33,027 nt of DNA. Origin: Catajapyx aquilonaris (lineage: Eukaryota). A model generated the notes under the pieces. It was given only the letters and a program-made list of their open reading frames with translations. It ran no database searches and was not told the origin of the DNA. The stretch lies in contig KZ539118.1 in assembly GCA_000934665.2 (NCBI GenBank), positions 1 through 33,027 on the forward strand. Reading direction: 5' to 3'. Below are positions 15,001-25,984 of this stretch, piece by piece. Both the position numbers and the translations under genes were made by a program. The stretch's first letter is position 1. Every line of letters starts with the position of its first letter.

Positions 15001-18000
15001 CGCCACTTCCAATAACCTAACCATTATATCCAACTTGTCCCGCGGATATATCGTGTCCAACTCGCAAAAATTTTACGCTTATAAAAAAAAACCTCACGCA
15101 GTTCCAGGAAGCAATTAGCATGTGCCTAGGAAATAATTCAACGCTACCAATAATTTTTTTGCGTACCTTGTTCCTGCTGATACCGCAAAATGCCAACTGA
15201 TTAGCTATCTCCCATGTACTTTTGACGATAAATGTAGCCTGCAGCTGGGATTGGCCTGGAAACGTGACTCGAACCGGCTCTTTTTTTTCGCATGGAAGCC
15301 AAAAACCGAGGGGCTACCTTTTCCTTCGCCCGCATGCTCATCAAAAGGGTCAGGGAAAATCCAACTCGATTTCCAATTCCTCTGACATCACATCGGCACT
15401 ACCGTACCCTAGTTCGTGTCGGAGGCCCTTTCGCCCAGGATTATACACGCTCGGATCGAACTATTATTACCAAGAGCTTTTTTAAATAACTTTTTTTTTT
15501 CCCCAACTATCGGATCGTGCCAGCCGGTTTTAGAAATCCGTTGCAGGTTAGGTCAAGCAGACAGAAATTGTGTTTATCTTGCTGTAATATAATTTTTGAA
15601 ATAAAACAATCTACGAACTATTTAGTCCACGTGTTTGTTCATTTTGTGCTAGACTACACTGTGTATTGAACGAAAAAAATTCGCACGCCCACTATAGTCC
15701 TAGTTCCCAGCCCCGAAGCTTTGCTATTATATGCACTTGCGAACTTTCCCCGGGGAGGACTAAAGGGTTGTCCTTCAACTGCAGGGCTCTACGAACAACA
15801 AAAATGCGGGGGCGGAGTGGGAATTTCAAATGAAAGCAATAGGCGAGGTGTTTCAACAAGTTGGTCGGCTGGAAACACAAAAAAAAAACACTACATAGTT
15901 TGCAATCCCGCCCCCTTTTTACAACATGTATGCCCGTATACATACAAGCTTCTGTACAAAATCCCAGGCTTGATAATATCCCAGCTCTCATGGCTTATCA
16001 TCATGTAGTTTGGGTCAGCAGTTGTTTTTTTTCGACCAAACTTTTATTCGGTTCGAAGGTTCTACGTCTGAAGAGTCAACTGGCGTGACTAAATCCGGAT
16101 TCTACGCCCGATTGCGCCGGATTTTCGTACCTGGCATAATAAAATGCGAGCACTGGAAATTCATTAGCCAATAAACTGAGCTGATGCACTAAAGGGGGGT
16201 AAAAAATATCAGGTTACTGGAAAATTGCTCGTTTATTTGCTCGCAAATGCATAAATAAAGTCAAATTGGCAATTTTTCTGCTTGGCAAAGCAATTAATTT
16301 GATGTTTAGCGCGTTATCCAATCAATTCAAATATGAATTCATTCAGATAAAAATACATGAGAGTGCCAGGTGCCATTTACAAACACAGAATAAAATCAAA
16401 GCAATCAGGTCAACTCCCGAATTGAATAACAGCTTGTCCCACATGCCTCCAATTTAACATCAAACTTGCAATGCGCATCCCACATAATAAATCATTATTA
16501 AATCTGCTTCATTAATAATTTGACAGTGGATACACTGTATACACCAGCCCACGTGCTTTCAGGCTCCATAAAAACGCAGCAATATACTGTAGTACGTACA
16601 AATGCAGTGCACGTTCACATGTATCAGTTCAGTTGAAATAGATGCTTTTATCATAATATTAGCTGCTAAAATTAGATGGACTTACTGGACTATTAATTGC
16701 AATTTATGGCCTGAAAGCTGCTTCTAGTCAACCTAATATTTCGCATAGTCCTAACCACGTTCAGAATAATAAGTCTAATTGCTAACACATCACCACATAA
16801 GTATGACGCTCATGGCACCAAAAGCCCTACTATCTCCACAGGAACCTTATCTCTAAAATCAACATTGACTTTGACACCAAGGAGAATGTGGAGCGCGTAC
16901 GCATTGTTTATAACCATCCAACGCGTTGCGTGGTTAATCTCCAACTGAAAAGTGTGCAAATAGAGCGTCATCATCAGAAGCCCAGGACACACACCTGACG
17001 TCAGAGCAGAGTGTCCTCAGCCATTATTCAGGCGACCCCCATCGATTATCCAGTGACCCCATAAATCGCTGCCGAAATCCAGGCGCCATTCTCCCCAGGA
17101 ATTATTCCAGGCCTAATTAATGCCCCTCTAATCCTTCCATAACTCCGAGAAGGACTTGCGGAGAGATTAGCGGCAGGTTTCACGAACATTGCCACCCCCC
17201 CTGAAATTTCCTGTGGGGCAGCCTGCGAAATATTGCAAAGTCGAGGGTTGCGCAAGAGTCGTTACATCAGACTCACTTTGTTGCGTGAAACCCTTACCTG
17301 AAGTTGGAGGAATTACAGGCTTGTGTGTATGGTGATTATACGGAATTAATTCGTACCCTCTAGTTATTTAGTTGATTAATGAGTAGAAATTGCGTGCGAT
17401 GGATACTGTACATAGTCTTCTTGCTTTGATTGCATGAGCGCGTGCTATAAGATTGAAGCCGGGGGATTTCATTTAACGGTGTGATTGTTTGAGTGCTTCT
17501 TCTTATCGGATTCGTCTCCCGGATTTTACGGGCGGTTAGTTTTTGGAAATTAAATTCTTAGTCGACGAAGAGCCGCAGACCGCAGAGTGAAAACCCCATT
17601 TTTAATCAGTTGCCTTGCTGTCGAGTGATATTCTGAATATTCAAGGGCCGCTTTATGTAGTGCATGCACTACATAATTGCTCATCATTACGCATATCATA
17701 TATATACGTATTATTTCCATACGCAAATAAAGCCCATTAGTCTCTGAAGTACTGCACCTACGGGCCAATAACAAATCAACTGTCCGCACTGAAATCATAA
17801 ATTTGCCATAATAGTTGTAAACAATATGCAGCATATCACGACTATGTAGTAATATATAAAAAGTAATTTACTATTATTAGGTACCGTACTACTATTTTTA
17901 GTTTGTTATAATAATGTAACCCAATAATTCTATAAGTTAATAACATACATACATAAAACACGTTGTGTTAAATACAAAAATAAAAATAAACTAATAATTT

Positions 18001-21000
18001 GGTGTAATTAACCTATATGAAGAAATAAGTCCTTAAATATTAATTACTTATGACATCCTCATCATTAATGCATATCCAGTCCTTGCAATGGCGGCATTGC
18101 GATTTAATTGGGTATCAGAAATGCGACCATGTGATCCGGTGTATGGAGCTTGTTGCGAGCTAAATGGCGTAGTACAGTACAATATGCTGCAGGGCAATGC
18201 ATTATGGCGAGTGGCGTGAAAGTACAACCCGATGCAAACCTATACGCATTTCCCTCCGCCCCATTCAATAAGCCGCTTAATTGTACGCTCAAAAACACGC
18301 ATAAAACTATCTAAGTTGACGGGTTTACATCCAGTCCATCCAAATCAGCACACATAACAGGTCTCGGTTCCACAAATAGCCCCCCCTACAAATAAATTGC
18401 AAAATCATAGAGTAGCCCGCAGCCATTTTCCTGCCAATAAACCTTCCCCCCATTGATTAGGGATCGTGACTAACTGCAGGCGTGCTGTCCGCCTCTCCAA
18501 TCTCCTCGCAAGTCACTTTCCAGGTTCACTCTCGACATTAGCTATATAGAGTCGGAATTTCAATCTCCTAACACGTATCCATAAATGGTTGCATTTAACA
18601 GGTGTTTACAAATCAGAGTGTGGTTAAACTTTACGCTTATGGTTTCATCCAACTTTGAAGTTGCAGCCTCAGAAACCCTCACCCTGAGTACGTGGCTTGT
18701 GTCGACGCTCCGTCAAACTTAACTCCCCAATCAACTGCTCCCTGAACTCCATTAATTAGCGCCTAATGTGCCCAGTCTACCAACGCCCTCTAACTTTTTC
18801 AACCTCACCAGTTAACGCCTAGTTAGCGGCACCTGAAATCCTGAAAACGCCTGCGCCTTGCCTACTAATAGTTAGGTCCCCGGATTCCCAAGTGACAAGT
18901 GCAGTTTGTCACCGACGCCATCGCGATAATGAATCCGGATCCGAAGGTCCCAGAAGGGATTTTGGGAGAGCCCTAGACTGGCCATATCGCAAGGCATTTG
19001 CATCAATAGTCCCCCCCAGGAGATATGAAGCAATATGGACCCTCAGAAAAGCGGCTAATTGTCGCTCTCTCCTTAACAGTACAACAACAATGCAACCGGA
19101 AGACACCTGTTTTTTTTTGTTTCAGATGAAAAGGTGTCTGCTGGCCCGTGACAACTAACCAGAAAGAAATCGTCCAGGCGACTCATGGGACAGCATCCTT
19201 TTGGGGGGGGGGGGGGGGNGGGGGTGAAAGTAGGAGAGGAATCTATAAGGTGACACGATAACGGGTGAATTCCAGGGGCCAGCAGAAGCAGCGCTTGACC
19301 CTGCTGGCAAACTAATGGCCGTCCCCGGAAATTTCCCTAGGGGCTGGCCAGGATTTGCCGCCCGGATTGGGATGGCCGCCAACAAAATGAGCACTTCAGG
19401 CTCGAAGGGAAATAAATTACGGTGCTGCACCTCAACTCCAGGTATTGTGTGGTGGCTGAGGGTGTCATCCGTGAATTACCACCAAGGATTCTTCGAAAGG
19501 GAATAGCTGAAGCAAAAAGGTACTACTTGTAGAGAATCGTTGGAGCACCCTGTACATTTTTCGCTAACTCTTATGCAAATGCGTGTGAGTGTGTGGGGGA
19601 CGAGATATCAAAAACTGGTGAATAATGTTATCAGCAGCTTATTTGATATGGTACCGCTTTTTCTGTGGCTTTCCAAGCACATTATTTTCCATATATGGCC
19701 AGGATTTCCACATCAAAAAACCTGTTTCCTGGTATTATAAAGCAAATACTGGTTTCAAAAAGTGGATGTAATGTCACGGAAATGATGTCTCAAACGGTAG
19801 GGTAAAATCAAGTTAAATTATTTATTCTCTCAGTGAATAATAAACTGAAGCATTATTATCACTGATCTCATTTGCCATTTTTTGCGTGAGTCATACTTGC
19901 AGGGAATCCAATAATGTTACGGGGATTACAGTCCTTGACAGGTTGAGTTTATCTCCCCAAAAAAATTACTCAACGACTAATGCGTTCAAAGTTCTCTTTT
20001 GTGCAGACGAAACTTGCGAAAACCCCTGACGTCACAAACACAATCAGCAAAAAATTCATGGCTAGCGATACAACTAGCCTGAAAAACTGCGCCTATTTCG
20101 AATGATTCGCATTACCAGCCACGCAGTCAAAATTACGCTCTGGCTCGCAAATATCGACAATATGCCTGTACATCAATAATTAGGTTTCAGTTCCGCACTC
20201 GGCCCAAAATGAATGTTAAATCCAGAGTTCACTGTACTGCCAGCCTATTCACAAAACTGGTAATGCATTTATAGTGCGATTAGAGAGGGGTAGGGGGGGA
20301 CGTGAACCCCCAGGAGAGCATAAGATATCACTATTATCGTGTTTATATTCCCAACCGCAACATGGCAAACCCGGTTGATTCACCGAACCGTGATGCTATA
20401 CTGTACTGTACACACAGGAGCAAAGTGTATTTGCGCTCATATAATTAAGACAAACATTAACCCTTGCTGCTAACAATTTTCAGCCATTTTTTTGTCACGG
20501 ACGTCACGGCGACTGTAACGTACCATGATGAAGTTACAAACCTGCCAAAAATCCCAGTCCACAACCCACAGCCGGTACAAGCATTTCACATAAATAAGAC
20601 AATAGACAAGCCTGAAAATGGCCCGGGTAGAAGACCTCCCAAAAATGGACCGTTACCTCCAAATATGGCGCAATGTGGGCCATTCTAGAAATTCCTCACA
20701 AAAAAAAAGTATGATAGTACATTCTGTGCGGAAGGTGGACAACCCTGGTTTGGCGGATCGGATCGATGCCAGGCGCCTGAATCTAGCTCGGGCCGTTGTG
20801 CTCACTCAATGCCAACTCGACTGCTGTCCACTTTTTTTTGCATACATTTTTATGCGATATCCAGCAAAGAATGGGATTTTTGCCAGCCAAAGTTTTGGAC
20901 ACAAAATCTCCCAAGTCGCTCGGTTGCGTGTATCAGGTTGGTGAATTAAGATTATAGCCCAGGGTATCCTCCAAACCCGAATAGGACTTAGAGTAAAGCC

Positions 21001-21922
21001 AATTTTAATCCGACGATAGGAACCGACGGAACACTAATCTCAATAAATCGGGGAGGGCAACCACAATAAAATTGGGTGGGGCCCAAACAGCATTATGCCC
21101 CCGCGTATCCCTAAACAGCATTGTACTAACGACCGGAACGGTTTTTGAGTTTATTTAGGCAATGTTGATAGCCGAGCTGTATCCACCGAGGGAAAATGCA
21201 TTCAAAACACGATTTCCACTACAAATGATAATGCGGGCCACAATAATAAATTACTCTCCATACACCCGCAAAATAAAGTGTTTTTAACGTAAGATAGACC
21301 TGACACGAAAAACGTTTCGGCCCGATTTATATGGCTCAAATGAATATTACATAATATAACATTTTAGCAGATATTGGCTACATGTCGACTTTTGTCCATT
21401 GTAACTGTCCCAGTTGTCGATCCCTGGGCGTGTGCTTATGCAGTCCGGATGCATGCAGCGCAATTTGTTTGGAAAGGCCCGAAGTGGTCCACAATCAGCA
21501 TGGGATCGCAGCCAAATGCCCTGGACTCGATGCTCGTCCCAGAGCTCATAATGGTACCCCCCCCCTCCCTTCCCTCCCAAAAATATAGGGGGGGGGGGTC
21601 CTCATCGATTCCTCTGAGCAGAAAGCTTGTGGGTGACGAAAATTCCAGCTCTCGGACGTTGTTTCTTTGCCCATCGGGTCCGTGTCAATGGACGCTCAAA
21701 GCTTCCCCCCTCTGAATAATGGGACACCAACACTGACACCCCCAGTTCAGTCGAGGGTTATTCACTCACACTGTCACTCGACTGATATAGGGGGCATAAA
21801 AGGACCCAAATCCGGCAAGCTCCCCTGGCAAATTAAAACCTTACATTGCCCAGCACTGCATTAGCACAAATGGTCCCAGCCAGATAATAAGGCTGCTTAT
21901 TCACACCACTCTGTGATTGAAC

Positions 21923-21987
<65 letters not shown>
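21923..21987. repeat. (TTA)n microsatellite, about 21 units
   Basis: Perfect trinucleotide run read directly. Confidence 0.98.
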
Positions 21988-21990
<3 letters not shown>

Positions 21991-22611
21991 AGTGAACTGG
22001 ATATGTGATTACAATAGTGGGGAGTACCGTATGTGAGCAAACAAGACCTGGCCAGTCCCGTGCCAACACTCGATCAATCAATCTCCCTTTCATCGGATTT
22101 CTCGCCTTGGCCTAATGCTAATAAAAAAACATTGGCAACTCAATATTCCTAAAATGGCTTAATATAAGCGCTGCAGACACTCTCTCATCCGGCGCAATCA
22201 ATTTTCCGGTGTTATAAAAGGGACGGGGACATATTGCAGGGGAGAATATAGTCCAGGCTATATAGTCAGGTGTTGATGGTTGCTGGTGCCACATGTAGAG
22301 CGATGCCCCCCTTCCAGAGATGTATAGAGAACCTGGCTCTCCTACTTTAGTTTCAGCAATTTCCGGACTGAGTAAATTTGGGGAAAACGGGGGAGCAAAT
22401 AACGTGAATAATAAAGGCGACCCGAAGGACCACTTGGGAAAGGCCTGGCATTTCAAAATCCCCTCATTCGAGTCGGCCATTTCCGGGGTTTCAGGCACCT
22501 AGGCTTTTAAAACGCGGCGAAAAAAAACGTCGCGTTTTTTTCTGCAACCGAAATTACGTGACGTAAATAACGCCCAGTGTGGTTGACCCCTGTTCTGGAA
22601 TTCGCAGCGTC

Positions 22612-22612
<1 letters not shown>

Positions 22613-22690
<78 letters not shown>
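22613..22690. repeat. (TAA)26 microsatellite
   Basis: Perfect trinucleotide run read directly. Confidence 0.98.
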
Positions 22691-22691
<1 letters not shown>

Positions 22692-22769
22692 CGTCGCGTC
22701 GTCGTCGTCATCATAAATTGTAGTGAAGGCATCACTCGTTGTGAGTGACAGTGGGTAATGACGACTCAC

Positions 22770-23753
22770 CTGCGTTGGCGGCGTCGTGGGCGTCGTCGAA
22801 TCCTCCACCCACGCCCACATCCTTGTAGCCCTCGGGTGGGCTGAGGGTGACGTGGTCCACAAAGTCCAAAGGTGGATCAAATGCGTAAGCCAGGCCACCG
22901 TCCGGGAGGCTGAGTTCGAAGGCCCGCACGCTGATGAGGTTTCTAGCAGAGGACGTCGACGGCGAAGCACCACCAGCACCACTAACACCACCCACACTAC
23001 CTGCAACCGCAGCACTCACCCCACTCGGTGGGACAATACGAGCACCACATATCTGCTCCGGCTTCCTTCCGATGGCCGTCTCCAGCTGCACTACCTCCTC
23101 GTCGACAACCTCTTCCTCCTCCTCCTCCTCCACATCCTCTTCTTCTTCCTCTTCGTCGCGGTCGTCGTCGTCGTCCACGTACAGCACATAGTCCGCCTCG
23201 TACACCTGGTTGAGATCCTCGTTGAATGCCACTCGCAGGTTCTTCTTCTTGCGACGACCGGTGCTGCCCTTCTTCTTCAACACCGATCTGGGTAGGGTGG
23301 TGGGCGGCCCCGGGGCGGCCCCTGGGGTTCCCAGCAACTGGTGTCCGTGTCGAGGGCATTTATGCTGCATGTCGGCGCCACCAGCCCGTAGTGCCGCCGC
23401 TTCTTCTTCTGCCTGCTGCTCCTCATGGCCCCGACATGCGAGGCCCTCCGCTCCTGCGCCCACACTGACTGAGCCCCAGTCCTCCCCGGCTGCACGCGCC
23501 GACTCCCCCGCATCGCCCTCCTCCGCCCCTCCTGCTGCTGACACGCTCGATAAGACGCCGGCACAGCCAACAGTGGAACACTCCGAGCTACCACTACTCA
23601 TGGCGGAGTCCATGCCATCCGGGCTGGGAGGGGGGCTGCTGATGGTGCTCACTTCCATCGGGGCAGATTCGCCCTGGGCAGAATCTTCCTCGTCTTCGTG
23701 CCCCGGGCCTTCGGGAATGTCGCCCTCGATACTGTCGCTCGACATCGGGTCAT
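22770..23753 (-). CDS. Exon B (984 bp, phase 1-1) of the same gene: disordered S/E/A/G-rich region with SVLK...RVAF motifs, a poly-acidic tract and FDPPLDFVDHVTLSPPEGYKD
   Basis: Longest ORF in the window (346 aa), strongly GC-rich. Acceptor TTTGCCTGTATGCAG|AT at 23754/23753; consensus donor CAG|GTGAGT at 22770/22769; length divisible by 3. Splicing from exon A gives in-frame ...AGSDS-D-DPMSSDS... Confidence 0.8.
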
Positions 23754-24874
23754 CTGCATACAGGCAAATCACATGGGGTTAGACACCAATGTGCCCGAGG
23801 CAAGTGGAGGGGCCTTACAGCTGAGAGATGCTTGGAGCAATGCCCGAGCACTCTGATATATCTATCGCAATTTTGACATCTAACTCATCTTCACTGTGAA
23901 ACCTGTCAACAATGGCTGTATTGCGCAAAAAATTACTTGAACATGTTCCATAGTGTTCGAATAAAAATCCTACGCCGAGACCAAGAAAAATTGGTAACCG
24001 GTCAGTTTCACTTAGTTGTCGACAAGTTTCACCAGTTACTATCCAAAAATTGCTTACAGGAGCGATATTCGTACATTTCAAGCAAGAGGGCCTGCAACTA
24101 TGCTAGGTTGAAATCTCGGACTGAATAAAGCGTCCTATAGTAAACCCCTGAATGGAAATAAATATATATCCAGCTTTAATCCCGACATTGAGAATGACCT
24201 ACTTGGAACCACCGGAATCCGAGGGTTTAACCCCTTTTGTTCTGGTCCAAGAACCCCTGCAGTGCTCTGTTAAGATGCGTTCCATTCAACGTTATACAAC
24301 AGTGCATCGTGGATTTGCATACAACTTCTAATATTTCAAATATATTTCCATAGAAGGGTGGGGTATATAGTTACCTTAAATGTTCATCAGACTAGAACCC
24401 GAGAACATTATGCTCATAAAATTCTTGCTACTACTTCAGCATTATTGCATAATCACATCTGATGGCTATTGAGTTACCTCCCCATGCAGTAATGATCTAG
24501 CTGGCACACCAAATAGCTCGTGATAGCTGATGCAGAAAAATTCTGTTATCTGATATGGGCGTACACATGACCTTTTGTATGTATGAGCAGGCGAAAAAAA
24601 AAACATACAAGTGCAACGTTCTGCTAAAAGAGGAATGCACAAACCTGAATGGCTATTTTTGTACTTGGTTAGAATGTTTTGTTAAGCAGCCACCTTGCTC
24701 TAGTTGCGCTACGATGCACATCCAGTCTCACACTGTACTGTACATGGTGTTTAATAATGATGTGCACAAACTTATATAAGGTGAATATATTGATATCAAG
24801 GCGTCATGTAGCCTCATCAACCTTGTTATTACGTAATGTTAATGGATTTGTGAAAAAAAAGTATGTGAACTTGC
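23754..24874 (-). other. Predicted GC-AG intron (1121 bp) between exons A and B
   Basis: Starts GCAAGT and ends TGCAG on the minus strand; both sides phase 1; interior is AT-rich without a credible ORF. Confidence 0.6.
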
Positions 24875-25409
24875 CAGAATCCGATCCCGCATTGGACGTC
24901 TCCGGTTCGTACAGCTCAACTCTGACCTTGGACCTCCTCGTCTTGGTGGTCACCGCCAGCAACCTCGACTCCTTCAGGATGGAGTAGACGACTTCTGAGT
25001 CCGTCATCCGCGACGGTGACTCCGTCCTTGGCGAGTCCACAACATCCAGCGCAGGTTGCGTCACGTCATGACTCGCCGACCGCGCTTCCGGCCCGTCAGA
25101 GGTCACTTCTTCTTCCTTCTCATCCTCCGAGCTGTCGCTAGTGGTCACCTCCTCTTTGTCCCTAGTGGTCGCATCTCTGTCGGCAGTGGTCACATCTCTG
25201 TCGGTAGTGGTCGCATCATTGTCACTGTTGGTCACATCATTGTCACTGTTGGCCACATCATTGTCACTGTTGGTCACATCATTGTCACTGTTGGTCGCAT
25301 CGTTGTCGCTGGTGGTCACATTGTCGCTCATCTCTTCCTCTTCTTGGAAGGAGACATTTTGGTCCATGATTGCCTTTTCTTCCTCATCATGTCTCGTCTC
25401 ATCTCCCAT
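24875..25409 (-). CDS. Coding part of exon A (probable first coding exon) of an acidic low-complexity protein; start at ATG 25409 (MGDE) or the better-context ATG 25367 (ATCATGG, MDQN)
   Basis: GC-rich open frame bounded by a TACTAAC branch point (25579-25573) plus TTTTCCGCACTTTCCAG acceptor (exon starts 25538) and a TG|GCAAGT donor at 24875/24874, after which the sequence turns AT-rich. The donor is phase 1, matching the exon B acceptor. An in-frame TGA at 25502-25500 closes the frame upstream. Confidence 0.7.
25134..25328 (-). repeat. Coding 21-bp minisatellite (about 9 units) encoding (S/T)DND(V/A)T(N/T)-type heptads
   Basis: Repeated plus-strand unit CATCATTGTCACTGTTGGTCA; translation SDNVTT SDNDATN SDNDVTN SDNDVAN SDNDVTN SDNDATT TDRDVTT ADRDATT RDKEEVTT. 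Confidence 0.9.
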
Positions 25410-25579
25410 CCAGCAGCTTCTTCCTCCTCCTCCTCCTTCCCCCAACCATTTTTCGACAACGCCCTCCACCCTATTATCGTGCTGGTTGTGCGACGGGCCT
25501 CATTTCTCTTGCGGAGGACGTCGCATCGCGTAACTGACCTGGAAAGTGCGGAAAACCACTGCCTCTTAGATGGTTAGTA
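25410..25579 (-). promoter_or_regulatory. Branch point, 3' splice site and 5'UTR part of exon A containing two short uORFs
   Basis: TACTAAC 25579-25573; pyrimidine tract and CAG ending at 25539; uORF1 25526-25500 (MRRPPQEK*), uORF2 25503-25474 (MRPVAQPAR*). Confidence 0.55.
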
Positions 25580-25899
25580 TGCATCGGCGGACCTCCATTA
25601 GCATAATCTAGGACTCGCAAATAATCCTCTTTTAGAGAGAGTCTTCCTCAACCCCAAACATGCATCAGGCGAGAGGTCGAAGGACTGATGGAGAAAAAAA
25701 AAAATCCCCAACTGGTTCAAAATTTTGGTGGGCGTACTTCAATTTACGAGGTGCCTGTACCTATAGGAATTGGTTCGATATTGAATTTAATGCAGGTTTA
25801 TGACTACCAAAACCTGACCCGCACAAAAACGGCCACGCCCAGGTGCATGCGAATTCATGTTCATACGTGCCCTGCCAATATCATGCAGAGAGTTGTATA

Positions 25900-25984
25900 C
25901 AGGGTGGTGAATTTTCCAAGTCACAAATTCCATGAAGAAATTGTGTATACTCGGAACAAGGGACTGGGGATTTGCACCAACCTG
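25900..25984. mobile_element. Tiny (85 bp) Tc1/mariner-type MITE
   Basis: TA-CAGGGTGGTGAATTTTCCAAGTC at the left versus TA-CAGGTTGGTGCAAATCCCCAGTC read inward at the right: 17/23 identity, TA on both sides (25898-25899, 25985-25986). Confidence 0.5.

Noticed and set aside
22732..22769. Exon B reading on to the stop at 22734-22732 as a terminal exon
   Set aside because: A consensus CAG|GTGAGT donor at 22770 makes splicing more likely, although an intron-retained short isoform cannot be excluded.
21833..23015. ORFs with poly-Ile or poly-Leu tracts resembling transmembrane peptides
   Set aside because: Translations of the (TTA)n/(TAA)n microsatellites.
22786..23782. Several long plus-strand and alternative-frame ORFs overlapping exon B
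   Set aside because: Shadow ORFs of GC-rich, low-complexity coding sequence; splice signals and motifs support only the minus-strand frame.
25056..25577. Plus-strand hydrophobic repeat ORFs (GHIIVTV / VTSLSLL)
   Set aside because: Antisense reading of the 21-bp coding minisatellite.
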